DNA from: Alloascoidea hylecoeti
Lineage: Eukaryota
NCBI GenBank assembly: GCA_001600815.1
Contig: BCKZ01000026.1
Location: 210,730 to 265,841 of the forward strand
Reading direction: 5' to 3'
DNA: 55,112 nucleotides
Position numbers and translations under genes: made by a program. Positions 33,675-45,505 of the stretch are shown piece after piece (within the stretch, counting starts at the first letter, position 1; each line of letters starts with the position of its first letter). Below the pieces are notes generated by a model. That model had not been told where the DNA came from and did not search any database. It saw only the letters and a list, made by a program, of their open reading frames with translations.

Positions 33675-35393
33675 ATGCCAAATACTGCATCTAACAACTT
33701 GAAGAAAGAAAAAGCAGATACAAAACCGAAAGCTACCAAAACTGCTAAAATCAAAACTCCTAAATCCTCAGGCTCTAGCTCTGTGACTGAAAGTACAGCT
33801 GCTTCAAGTTCCAAACCTAGCAATGCTGCCAGAACAGACGAAGCCATTCTCGTTCCAAATCCTCCGATATTTACGCCCAACAGACAATTAACAAACCCTT
33901 GTATGGCCATTCCGAACACCAATCTTAATGTTGATGTCAATGTCAATACGGGGATGCCTAGGCCCATCCCACATGTACATCTCATCGCCCCTGCAAATGT
34001 TCCAAGCACTCTACGTCCTAAAATCACAACCACCTTTTGGGAAGATGAAAGTACTATTTGTTATCAAGTTGAAGTTAATGGTGTATCTGTAGCGCGTCGT
34101 GAAGATAATAATTTCGTCAATGGTACAAAATTATTGAATGTTGTTGGTATGACAAGAGGTAGAAGAGATGGTTTGCTGAAATCTGAAAGAATTCGCGATG
34201 TCGTAAAGATTGGATCAATGAATTTAAAAGGTGTTTGGATTCCTTTTAATAGGGCGGCTGAAATGGCAAACAGAGAAGGTGTTTATGATGCTTTATATCC
34301 GTTATTTGTCCCAGATATTAAAGGTGTTTTGGAAAGTATTGGAATATGGCACAATCCGACAAATAGCACAGGAACTGGTATACCAGGCTCATCTGCTTAT
34401 CCAATCGTATTTTCAACAACTCCTTCGAATTATACAAATTCACGAAACAACGCCATCGTTAAAAAGTTCAATGGGTCAAAATCAAAATCTTCAAAAAATA
34501 TTCCTGATCCAAAATCTATGAGTGTTTTGAATTTTAAAACAAAGCTACAACCGCCGAAGACAAATAAGCTGGACAAAAAACAGATAGCCAACGGCATACC
34601 TGCTAATATGTACAACACTCTACGATTATCAAAACTCTCGGAAGATAATACAACCCAAAATCAACAACAAAAGGAAACATCTAATGATGGATCTTCAGGA
34701 TATACAAATCAACCATTCCCTCCACAAGTACCGGTACCGGCAGGTCAAATTCAACAGAGTTATCCTCCCTATTATCAACAACAACCTCATGTAACTCCCC
34801 CACCAAATACAATTTCAGGCAACGGAGCTAGTCCTCCAAATCTGAATGACCAAAATAAACCCCAAATTCCAAATGGTTCTTCTCCTGGTCAGCCGCCTTA
34901 CTATAACTATCAATATCCATATTATCCAGGATACAGTTATGCATATCCATATTATCCAATGCTCACTCCTTCAAATGGTCAACAATCCAATACAACAGCC
35001 CCACCCGCACCTTTTTATCCATATATAGGCCACCCTCCCAATTATGTCCCTGGTCCAAATGGAACATCCCCAGCCCCTCCTCCTCCTATGAACCAAGCAT
35101 TCAATCAAGGACCATATCCACCTATGGCTAATCTTCATATCTCAAATCAAACTCTAAGTAATAAAGACACAAAAATAAGCCTTGTAGATATGACAAATAA
35201 TAAAGGGAATAATAATCGGCCAAATATGAAAAAGTTTAAGCTGGTAGAAGATTCACACATGAAGAAAGAGAAGAAAAAAGGTGAAAATTCAGACGCAAAC
35301 TCAAAACAAATTCATAATATTATTGGTGGGGGGAATATAGAAAAAAGAGGAAGAGGTAGACCCCGAAAAAATATCGGAGTTGCTGCTAATTAG
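33675..35393 (+). CDS. Second APSES (Efg1/StuA-type) transcription factor with C-terminal AT-hook
   Basis: [60 protein letters not shown]-rich middle; KRGRGRPRK near the C-terminus. First ATG at 33675. Confidence 0.92.
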   Translation: MPNTASNNLKKEKADTKPKATKTAKIKTPKSSGSSSVTESTAASSSKPSNAARTDEAILVPNPPIFTPNRQLTNPCMAIPNTNLNVDVNVNTGMPRPIPHVHLIAPANVPSTLRPKITTTFWEDESTICYQVEVNGVSVARREDNNFVNGTKLLNVVGMTRGRRDGLLKSERIRDVVKIGSMNLKGVWIPFNRAAEMANREGVYDALYPLFVPDIKGVLESIGIWHNPTNSTGTGIPGSSAYPIVFSTTPSNYTNSRNNAIVKKFNGSKSKSSKNIPDPKSMSVLNFKTKLQPPKTNKLDKKQIANGIPANMYNTLRLSKLSEDNTTQNQQQKETSNDGSSGYTNQPFPPQVPVPAGQIQQSYPPYYQQQPHVTPPPNTISGNGASPPNLNDQNKPQIPNGSSPGQPPYYNYQYPYYPGYSYAYPYYPMLTPSNGQQSNTTAPPAPFYPYIGHPPNYVPGPNGTSPAPPPPMNQAFNQGPYPPMANLHISNQTLSNKDTKISLVDMTNNKGNNNRPNMKKFKLVEDSHMKKEKKKGENSDANSKQIHNIIGGGNIEKRGRGRPRKNIGVAAN

Positions 35394-36623
35394 TTGATAT
35401 AACTATAGTATTATAATCTTAAAATTTACCTATATATTGAATATTGTTGGTGTTAATACAAAATTTAAACTTATAATGTGCAATTACACGCTCACAAATA
35501 ATTGATTACCATTTGTAGTTTTAAACATTTTAATGTTGCGAAGCTACCGTACGTGATATTGATACCAATTGACCTCTTGTGAAAAGCTCAAGTCTGTATA
35601 TTCAACACTTTAGGAGGATTTTGTTGATTTATTTGAGAATATTTCATCAAAACCTTTATCATTTTTAACCATTTGTTAGATAAACTCATTTTATTAAATA
35701 GTATAAATGTTTCCGTTTATGTATGAATTTATTCTAACTTAACATTAATATTTTTTAGTCAATAAATGAAATATAGGACTAAATACTTTAAAGGAAGGTT
35801 AAGATAGCAAACAAGGTTGAAACTATATGATGATATGAACCTTTTTTGTATACTATCTGATAATATATAACACCATTCAAAATATAAGTGACTACAGAGT
35901 CAAAGCAATATGTCTATTTGGTCGGAGTAGTAGTTAATACCTATGTTGAAACTTGTTTTATGATGAATCTAGATGGGGTTCGCACTATAGATATACACCA
36001 AAGACACATTAAAGGAATAAACTACAGTAATATTATACCAACCGATATCCTTTTATTATGAATGGATAATTTCTTCTATTGTTCTGGACCTTAAACGATC
36101 TTTCACGATGTCTTTAGGGTCTTTCAACCTGTTCGCACCTTGAGTCCAATTGCCTGTTTGTATAAGTTTAATTAACAATATAAAGAAATATAGATTTAAT
36201 GTCAGTAAGGGCTTAAGAGGACAAAATGGTTAGCGGAACACCCAAGATTGTTACATTTCAACCACGAATTACGAAATCAATAACAAATATAAGGCCTCAA
36301 ATTATTCAAAAATTTTTATTACTAAAATCTACTTAACGTCATAATTCTGAAAATATATGTTTGATATTTTATTCTTGCAAATCTTGTATGTTACCGTTAT
36401 ATGCTTATATCTATTTAGGAGTGTTCAATGATGTCATTCAACAATGGGAAAGAAAATCAGTTTAGGGCCAACCCATACTAAGAACACCTTTTTTTAGGCA
36501 GCATCCGCAACAAAAATATGCCAATACTATAACCACCACCAAATATTCTAGAAAAATCTTAAACTGCTCTTAAAATAGTTCATAATGTTCCGTAAATTAT
36601 AGAGATGATATTAGTGTACTGGT

Positions 36624-36627
<4 letters not shown>

Positions 36628-36654
<27 letters not shown>
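36628..36654. repeat. (AT)n microsatellite, ~13 units
   Basis: Uninterrupted ATAT run. Confidence 0.9.
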
Positions 36655-37368
36655 GCTATATATTAAAACTGTAAGTTCAATACTTATTTTGGCACCCATA
36701 ACGCGAGTATCCACTTTTACTCATATTTCAAGTTTGATTGGTTTAACCGGTTTTGAATGCTTTAGAATCACATAGAATTACTTAATTTCGCCTAAGGAAA
36801 TTCTAGGAATCATTTCATTCTATCATATATTTAAAAGGATGTTTTTTTGTTGTAGAAAGAGGTGTACTGCATGGATATTTACAATTACAAGTATCAAACC
36901 AGGATACTTCATCTATATATTTAAGCGATGAGGAATAGAAAAAAGGCTCAAAATTTAGACTTTCTCCGGCTGTATGGTTGCAAGATATATTGTATTATTT
37001 GCATTACCCTTCCACAACTGATTTAGGGTTAAAATTTTTATAATAAATGTTAAAGTTCAAAGTGCCTGTTCTCCCAGTTGCGCCAAAAAGCCAATCGACT
37101 GTTTAGTGAACTGTTCTAAGAGTGTAATATATCCAACAATAAATATATATTGGGGGGTATTTTAGATTATTTAATCCTTTTAATAGATCATCTCTGGATT
37201 TATTTACCATATTGATATATATATATATAGCTAAATAGAAAATATTAATTTAAACTAATACCGGTTTAAGATATAAACAATTCAAACAAAAAAACAAAAA
37301 AGATAACTAAAAATATATGTATGTATAAATTAACTTATAACTGTGTACCCAAATTATCTTAAAAGTCA

Positions 37369-40300
37369 CTAAGCTGATTTTGATTCAGCTTCAATTGGAA
37401 CGTCATGTCCAGGTTCTTCGTCGTCGTGATTAACGTGAACACTAGAACCAGAAAATCCAGAGAAAGCATGACTGTCCAATTTTGAAAGAACTAAATTTTG
37501 CTCGATACCGGGGTTCTCTTCAGGTGAGATAATAACAATATCAGATGGACTGCTAGTTGCTTTCACTTCTTCCTTAGAAACAGGTAAAATTTCTAAAACT
37601 TCAGGCCCTTTAGTTTCAATAGCGGCACTACTAGCAGTCGTGGCAGTCTCACGTCCTTTCAAAGCCGCCGATGCTGCGACTGCTGCCAAATTAATATCAG
37701 GTACAGGAGAAGATATAATATTTGGTAAACCTTTTTTAACAGATGGGCTCTTCTTATTTTTAAACTTTCTTTTGAACCTGGAAAAAATATTTGGTTTCTT
37801 TTCCTCCTTTATTTTCCTCTGCCCAAATTTTGATGGAGGTAAATCAGTATCAGCAGGAGAATTTTCTGCATTACCTAGAGGCTCAATAAAAAGAGTGACT
37901 GGTGAAGAACCAGGTATAATAGATTCAGCTCCTTTCTTTTCAAGTGAACTTTTCACTCCATTAGTAGATGAGTTATTATTATCACTACTGTATATTGATA
38001 AAGATTTCTCGGAGCTATTAATTGGGTCAACAATTGAAAGCGCTTTCTCGGAGCTGAGATCTGGTTCTTCTAAGCCTTTGCTAGAAGTTGGAACCTGAGA
38101 TTCAGATATTTCCCCATCTTGAGGTTTCAAATTCTTCTCATTGGCCATCACCGTTAATACATCAGCCAAAAGTGATGAGTTCGAATTCCAAGGATTAGTT
38201 TCATCATCATCATCAAGAATAGCTTCCTTTGCTTTAAATCCATCTTTATCAGTAGCAGTCGATATAATTACCACTGGATCTACTTCACTGGGACCATGAA
38301 TATCTATTACATCCACTTCCTCACTAATAATGATTTCTTTGGCGATACTGGGTTTGATATTCTTTCCAATATCTTGATTAGTCTCATTAATACCATTTTT
38401 TTGGTCTAATGATGAGCTAGGAATTTTTTTCAAAGCCTTTTTTTCATTATCATTCTTAATACGATCTTGATTAATTTGCTTTTCTTTTTCAAGATTTTCT
38501 TTAGCTAAGTGTTGCTCTTCGGTAGCAGCTTTTAGATCTGCGTCAATTTTATTATTTTCATCTTCGGTCGCCTCAAGGGTATTCACAAAATTGGTCGAAG
38601 GTTCCTTTTTAGAAAAAGACTTTTCATCTACTGGAATTATCTTTTTCTGTTCTTTTAACCTTTTTTGTTGCAATTGCTTAGTTTCAACTTCAATTTCTTG
38701 AGTTTTGTTGCGTAGCTTTTCTAATTCTAGTTTTCTTTCGCTAAGTTCGGCAATACGTTTTTGTTCAATTTCTTGAGCTTCTAGTGCTTCTCTTTCATAT
38801 TTCTCGTTTAATGCCTTTTCAGTGGCAAGTCTTTCACTTTCCTTCTTTTCCACTTCTAACCTTTCTTTTTCGATTCTTTTTTCAACACGTTCAGCTTCTA
38901 ATCTTTCATTTTCAATACGTTGAGCTTCCAGTCTTTCCTTTTCGACTCTTTCATTTTCAAAACGTTTGGCTTCTAATCTTTCCTTTTCTAATCTCTCTTT
39001 TTCGACCCGTTGAGCTTTTTTCTTTTCAATTTTCTCTTCTTTAACACGTTCCGCCTCGTTTTCCATTTCTTTAGTTTTCTTCTTCAATTCTTCCAGATCA
39101 AGTTTTGTTTTAGAAATAGCTTTCTTCTTCTCTTCAACTTCAGTTTGAATATCCAAAAGATCCTTTTTTGCCTTTTCAGCAGATTCAGTAATCTCTTGTG
39201 CTTTTGATTCCAATCCTTCAATGACAGCTCTTGATTCTTCAAGTTTTTTATTTGATACTTCAGCATTTTCTTTGATTGAATTAGTTTGGCTTATGACTTT
39301 AGAAAGATCATTATTTATATCATCAGTATTATCATTGGAAGTGGATGATACAACCTTTGCATCAGCAATTCTGGTAGCAGCTTCAATTTCAGAAACCTCG
39401 GCAATTGCTTTAGCAACTTTAGCGTCTTGAATAGTTTTCGTATGAGATGCTCTTTGTTCTTTTTCTTTTGAAGATAATAAAGAAAATCTATGTTTTGCAT
39501 TTTTCTTTTCAGTTTCAGTTTCAGCCAACAACAATTTTTCATCAGCTTCAGATTTATTTTTCAAATTTTCCTGATCTTGGGATTTCTTTAGTTCTAATTC
39601 TTTCTGTTTTTTAAGATATTTCTCTCCCTGTTTTTTCAATTTCTCCTCGTGTTTCTTTTTCCTTGTAATTTCCTTTTCTTTTTGCTTTGCGATCTTTAAT
39701 TCAGCTTTTCTTTCCTTCTCGGCTCTTTTTGACTCAAGTAACCTTTGTTTTGTTGCTCCATCTAAAGCTCTCTTTTCGTTTGCTTCTTTCTCGATTTTGT
39801 CTAGTAATGGACCCAGACGACTTTTAGCAATTGCTTCAACCATTGATTGATCAACTTTTGCACCTCCACCAATATCGTAAAGTTTTGGGTCTGTATCCAA
39901 CTTTGGAGAACGTTTTGAATTTGACTCAAGATTTGCAGCAGTCTTTGCAGCAGCATTAGAAAGTTCAGAGCTATGGTCAACATTGTTTGATTCACTACCT
40001 TTAACAGCAACACTAGCGGCAATCTTGGGTGTTTCATTTACTTCATTTTTTGTTTGATCAATTGAAACTATTTCTAGATCCTTTCCTGGGTTTCTACTAA
40101 TATCTGGAGTAGTATCAATATTAGGAGTTCCACCATTCAGTTCTGTTTCCTGTAATTTAGTACTGGTAATGTCGGTTTGTTCACCCTTTTCTTTAGCAAT
40201 AGTCACTTTTACAGCATTATCCGAATGTTTTGGTTCACTTGGTGCTCTCTCACCTTCGATTCCATCAAGGTCATCACTCTTGCTAATGTTATCATTGTGT

Positions 40301-40503
40301 TTGGGATCATCAATTGTTGTTGAAGACTTTTTAATTTGTGTATTAGATCTAAAAGGGCTCTTCCACTCACCTTTATTTCCGTATGTGGCTGTTCGATGTA
40401 GTTGTGTAGATTTATGATCTCGAAGTTTAGGGAGACTGTCTTCCTCTATTTTCATCCTCTGGGGATCTTTTGAAAAAAAGGAACTTCGCTTCAGAGATTT
40501 CAT
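37369..40503 (-). CDS. Eisosome protein 1 (Eis1)-family coiled-coil protein
   Basis: YDIGGGAKVDQSMVEAIAKSRLGPLLDKIEKEANEKRALD matches the Eisosome1 core motif (V.LGGG.....IA..R..P.LD.I...A..QR..D), followed by a long K/E coiled coil. Likely start MKSLKR at 40503; the ORF extends to 40620. Confidence 0.65.
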   Translation of the reverse strand: MKSLKRSSFFSKDPQRMKIEEDSLPKLRDHKSTQLHRTATYGNKGEWKSPFRSNTQIKKSSTTIDDPKHNDNISKSDDLDGIEGERAPSEPKHSDNAVKVTIAKEKGEQTDITSTKLQETELNGGTPNIDTTPDISRNPGKDLEIVSIDQTKNEVNETPKIAASVAVKGSESNNVDHSSELSNAAAKTAANLESNSKRSPKLDTDPKLYDIGGGAKVDQSMVEAIAKSRLGPLLDKIEKEANEKRALDGATKQRLLESKRAEKERKAELKIAKQKEKEITRKKKHEEKLKKQGEKYLKKQKELELKKSQDQENLKNKSEADEKLLLAETETEKKNAKHRFSLLSSKEKEQRASHTKTIQDAKVAKAIAEVSEIEAATRIADAKVVSSTSNDNTDDINNDLSKVISQTNSIKENAEVSNKKLEESRAVIEGLESKAQEITESAEKAKKDLLDIQTEVEEKKKAISKTKLDLEELKKKTKEMENEAERVKEEKIEKKKAQRVEKERLEKERLEAKRFENERVEKERLEAQRIENERLEAERVEKRIEKERLEVEKKESERLATEKALNEKYEREALEAQEIEQKRIAELSERKLELEKLRNKTQEIEVETKQLQQKRLKEQKKIIPVDEKSFSKKEPSTNFVNTLEATEDENNKIDADLKAATEEQHLAKENLEKEKQINQDRIKNDNEKKALKKIPSSSLDQKNGINETNQDIGKNIKPSIAKEIIISEEVDVIDIHGPSEVDPVVIISTATDKDGFKAKEAILDDDDETNPWNSNSSLLADVLTVMANEKNLKPQDGEISESQVPTSSKGLEEPDLSSEKALSIVDPINSSEKSLSIYSSDNNNSSTNGVKSSLEKKGAESIIPGSSPVTLFIEPLGNAENSPADTDLPPSKFGQRKIKEEKKPNIFSRFKRKFKNKKSPSVKKGLPNIISSPVPDINLAAVAASAALKGRETATTASSAAIETKGPEVLEILPVSKEEVKATSSPSDIVIISPEENPGIEQNLVLSKLDSHAFSGFSGSSVHVNHDDEEPGHDVPIEAESKSA

Positions 40504-40939
40504 TTTAATTGTTGTTGATGAAAGAGCAATTAACAAAATAAATAATGGATTGTTATGTGGAGTAAGCTCGGATGGAGAAAGATCTATACCAATTTGGGAT
40601 GTCCGTGCCTTTATATACATCTACATGCATAGAAATCTTAACAATGATTCTGTATGCGGTAATGTTTACTGCAGAGTGACGCTATAAGATTTACGGCCTT
40701 GATCATGATCATACAAACAGCAACTACTAAAAACTGATTCTTCACCATATTGTTTATTAATTAAAGACCTTTCATTACGACATTTTTCACATATATATCT
40801 ATATCTATTATGATCTGCTATGTTTTCAAGAGCAAAACCAGATGACGAAAAGGGTCTCTTAATTAAATTAAGGACTTGAACAATATAACAAGTTAAGTTA
40901 TAAACTTAAGTTATAAACTTAAGATCTTATAGCTGAGCT

Positions 40940-41647
40940 GATAACTCCGCCATATAATGGCATACAATCATTAGGAAATTGGGTGCAATGTTTTTTCACC
41001 CAGAAGCGCCTTGAAACACCAACCTTATTTGAGTATATCCATTGTCTCCTCGAAACCTTAATGATTTTGATTCATTTGAAAGAAATTGATTCCACTAACT
41101 ACAGAGAAGGAGTCATTTGGTTGGAGCATACCTAGGCCGAAACTAGTCCTGTAAAATATACTGGTGGAAAGCCAAATTTATCTTTGCGACATCGGCGGGG
41201 TATACTGAAAGGATTACAAACAAGTCCTGCAAAAAACATGCAATATTCGTCTGTTATGGTGAAGTTTCAGGGGAAGACTAATTCAGCGGTGAAAGAAGTA
41301 TTATAAAGAATAAGAATACCCTTTATTCAAGGGTTTTAAAGTGCCAGAGAAGTGTCCCAATTACAATTCCAAGAACTAGGAGGAAAATCAATTTTAATTC
41401 CTGCGCTGGCCTATGATATTTCCAGACCTAAATCGCATTGAAAAAATGCATGGCCAAGGCTCAGTTAAATCAATCGTTTTTTAGCCGAATCATCGCATCC
41501 ATACCTAAGGGGCTAAAACAATTTATCGTATTAACATTAGGAATATCGACTACTAGAATTGTCTTCATTAATACTTACATGTAGATAGGTTAGAGTTGTA
41601 CGCCTTTCAGTGAAACAATGTTGCACCGTAACATTTGTCCTACTGTA
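40940..41647 (+). mobile_element. Degenerate Tc1-like (IS630-Tc1-mariner) transposase remnant with 3' terminal repeat and TA
   Basis: Ordered motif relics: NVFFT (~40986), PVKYTGG (41148), VKFQGKTNS (41259) and WPMIFPDLNRIE(N)AW (41407-41453; Tc1 consensus WPxxSPDLNPIENxW). The end reads ...TTTGTCCTACTG|TA, i.e. a TIR beginning CAGT, at 41634-41647. Confidence 0.72.
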
Positions 41648-42050
41648 ACTTATGTTATTGTTAGGCTACTACAATAATAATAAAAATCTCAATCAACGGA
41701 ATTACTACATCAAATAAAGACCATTAAATGTTTTACTTTCACATAGATCCAGAACCACAATGGAGCATTCAAAAATTATACCGAAGAGTATATTATATAT
41801 TATGAGCACGTGTCAATCAATGCCAATCCGTTCAGGAAATTCTAAGACGCTTTGACTTTTTCAATGTATATATAAAATGTTTTGCTTATTTTGGCCTGCT
41901 TACAATTATTCAATAAACCAATTATCGATGTTCTCAAATCATATATTGGATGGCGGTTTGATTTATTAATTGGAATTTTCGATCTCTATTTTTATATCAA
42001 AACAATCAGAGGGGTTCCAACTCTTTTAATCATGTTTCTTATGATGACAT

Positions 42051-42740
42051 CTACCTGAATCTATAAATAACGCTATTTAAATTTAGGTAATATCGTAATG
42101 CCAAACTTTTCTTAACACGATCCAGTTCCTTTTCATTCTCTTTAACGTCATCTGATAATAAACCAGCAAATCCAATAGGCCCTTTATCACAATCTGCACA
42201 TACTAATAATCGATCGATGGTAACTATAGTTGCGCTTTCTTTCCCTTCATTATTTGAAATAGTAAATTTGATGGGTTTAGAATTAGGAGAGAGACCGGAT
42301 CTGGAGACACCAATGTTATCAAATTGAAATACATCTGTTACTTCCAACGTGAGATCATCAAGTTTAGAACCATTATTACTGGGTGTACCTTCTTTAGTAT
42401 TGTTGGTTCTAACATCTTGTGCACTGATGAACTTTGTACCAATCTCATTATCTTCAGCACCATTTGAACATACGCGTACCACTTGTTTATTGATTGTTCT
42501 GTTTTCATTTTGATTTTGAATTGTGCTGATATTGTCAGCTGCATTCGTTGGAAGTTGAAATTGTATTATTCTGCCCTCACACCCATGAAAAGGACAACAC
42601 AGTGTAACAACATTCTCAGATAAGTCATTAGTTGATATGTATTTTTGTTCTTCTGTGTCTATTTCATTTGAACTTGCATCTCTGAGTTTTAATAAATGAT
42701 TTATTTGTGATAATTGATAGTAACCATAATTAGTACTCAT
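42051..42740 (-). CDS. DSS4: Mss4/Dss4 family Rab nucleotide release factor/chaperone
   Basis: Zn ligands CPFHGC and CADC; DVFQFDNIGVSR; RLLVCADCDKGPIGFA. First ATG at 42740. Confidence 0.88.
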   Translation of the reverse strand: MSTNYGYYQLSQINHLLKLRDASSNEIDTEEQKYISTNDLSENVVTLCCPFHGCEGRIIQFQLPTNAADNISTIQNQNENRTINKQVVRVCSNGAEDNEIGTKFISAQDVRTNNTKEGTPSNNGSKLDDLTLEVTDVFQFDNIGVSRSGLSPNSKPIKFTISNNEGKESATIVTIDRLLVCADCDKGPIGFAGLLSDDVKENEKELDRVKKSLALRYYLNLNSVIYRFR

Positions 42741-45388
42741 CTTATAGTTCAATAATTGGATGCCCAATGCTCATGTATGTTTTAATCTGTTTGTAACATC
42801 CCATCATCCAATTAACTATTACCTTCATTTGATATACCCATAAGGTTCATAAACTCTACAAAAGAAGAAAATATCAGGCTAAACGTTAACAGGTCTAGGT
42901 TTTATAATTGTATAAGGTAATATGTAATGAAGTAATTCAAATGACTACACGGTATTTTAATAGTGTTAAATGTTGTAAATTTGCATACGGCATGGTGACT
43001 TTCACTACCATTTTATCATATAAGTTATCCAGGGCCTCCTTATAGCATATAATTTAATAAACTTATACCACCGTTATATTCATATATGAAATGAGTACAA
43101 GGCTACTACAAGTGTATACATATACCAACTTGATACGAATGTTTAGGTGTTCCTCTTCTCTTTATTATCCTATTTAGTCGTACAGGTAACTAAAGTATGA
43201 ACGTCATGAGAAAACGCTACGTAAGTGTTAATATTCTACTATTTAATATTTATGAATGAAATTAAAGGTCAAGATTCAATACGAGTCACTCGTTATCAGC
43301 TAATGTTTTTGGAAAATGACGCTATGAATATCGATAGCGGGGAAAAACTTTAACATTTAAAAAATATCAATAAAAGAATTGATCCGAAATGTTCTTTCTT
43401 GGGGCGAAAACTGAACATTTATGTTCAATTTCTTGTGATCATCTTAATGGTTGTCCATTCACACACACAAACTTATTACAAAGCTTAAGATTTCGGACTA
43501 AATTGTGATTTATGATCTCTGTCAAAGAACATTCCATTATGGATAAATCTTGCTATATTAATTTAAATTTCTAAATATAAATGTATCTAATTATCGGTTA
43601 TACATTATAATCAGCTTTGAAGTAAGCATATCCTAATCTGAAACCTACTACAATCCAATTGCAACAAGAAATATAAAATTTTAGCAGATCAGCAAAATTA
43701 CTTTACAAGATATCGGCGAAATCTGGTTTACAAGTCTTGAAATAAGTACTCGAAAGGAAAACGAAATGAATTTTAAATAAGTGACGAAATACGTTTTAAA
43801 AAAGCAGACGAAATATATTCATGAAATCAGAAAAATATTTTGTGTGGAAAAAATATTTTCCTGAAACCCCCTCGAAACATTTTTACGAAAAGCCGGCAAA
43901 TTGTTTTCCGGAAAACTCACAAAATGCTTATAATAGAAAAGACAAAAAAAAACATTTCTCAATAATTCAAATTATTCAATATTGCACAAATCTCTTTCAT
44001 TAATATTATAGTTTTAATGAGTCACTATAAATAGAAAGATTCATCTATACAAAAGATGATAGTGTGATACAAAAACTGTCTAAGAATAATAATTCAAAAT
44101 AACCAGTGGCGCCGACTGCTAGCTTATAGCACACGATCGTTACTTGACTTCAATAAATCTGGAATAAAGAAATTTAGCATTAATCACCCATGTTTAGGAA
44201 CCATGGTATATTTCTTTTTGTTACATCTGTGGGTAAATCTAGTTGCATCTTATATCAATTTGCATTAAAACTTGAAAGGAAAATTTAAGGAATGGTGGAG
44301 AGTACTTTTATTGCAATAAAGTACAATGTTCAAAACTAATAGAAATTTAGAAAACAGTCGTTCTATATTTTGTGGGTTGGACCTACAACAACAGCTCCAT
44401 ACATTGTTACTTTATCAATTGTACAATTGCTAGACCGAATTATGAACGTGAATTTCTACAGATAATCAGGGACTTAAAAGCTTAATTGAGAGAAAGATGT
44501 ACGCTTAAGAGTGAGTGAATAACGTTTAAGTTGTATTTACTAGGTTCCGGAGAACTAAAAAAATAATTAATGGGACGATGATTTTGACTCGCATTTTTAT
44601 ATGGCAAATGAAATTCAAATTTAAACGATCGAACGGAATTAATAGGAATTGAGAATTGTAATTATCTTTTTGAAATAATTATCCTGACAATCCTTAATTA
44701 TAATAATAGTAATAATAGCAGTGTTAATGAAGTTAGTTGAGGACAAGTCAAGTCGCGAGTCGCGGCTGCAACCGTTTTATTTTGAAAAATATATACAAAA
44801 AATATGGAAAAATTACAAAGTAGTTGATCATGAGTTTTTTTTCGATTTTGTGGAGTAATATAACGGAGATCATATGCATAAATACACCATATCTAAAGCT
44901 ATTATTGTCACTGAGCACATAATATACAGAAACCATTATAATTAACAATTTAACATATAGTATTTATTTCTCCTCTGCTTTGGATTGGACAGGCAGATGA
45001 CCCGGTATACAATTGCATCACATTGGTTCCAACTTTATAACTCCACACATTGCGATTGGAAAAAAATTCCATTACTATCAATATATATAATTATAATAAA
45101 CAACGTAATATTAATAAATTGAATACATATACCGCAAAATAGAAAGAAAATTTTGAAATAAAATGATATTAAATAAATTAAAATTAAAATTTTTAAATAG
45201 ATTTCGATTACTTAAATTAATTAAATAAATATGGACAAAAAGACAAGAAAAAAAGACAAGGAAAGGAAAGGTAACCAATTATTGGGTTTTCTTTTCAAAT
45301 ATAGTATAAAATGTATAAAGATAAGATATATGATATGATGGATATGAAAAAAACGTCATTAATAAATATAAATGAAGAAAAAAATATG

Positions 45389-45447
45389 AATAAATAATAA
45401 ATAAATTAATAAATAAATAAATATTAGCAAAGTTAATTAATAAATAA
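45389..45447 (-). promoter_or_regulatory. AU-rich element cluster (UUAUUUAUU) in the 3' UTR of the CTH/TIS11 gene
   Basis: AATAAATAA on the + strand at 45389, 45396, 45408, 45412 and 45439, i.e. five nonamers 60-120 nt after the stop codon. Confidence 0.6.
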
Positions 45448-45505
45448 ATCTCCTCTTTTTTTTTGTAATTATTTTTATTTTTGAGTGCAATGGAATGAAT
45501 AAATG

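Noticed and set aside
35825..35862. ATGATGA...CTGA box pair
   Set aside because: Only ~30 nt apart, too short for a C/D snoRNA.
44104..44120. TGGCGCCG primer-binding-site-like motif
   Set aside because: No LTR or gag/pol relic adjacent.
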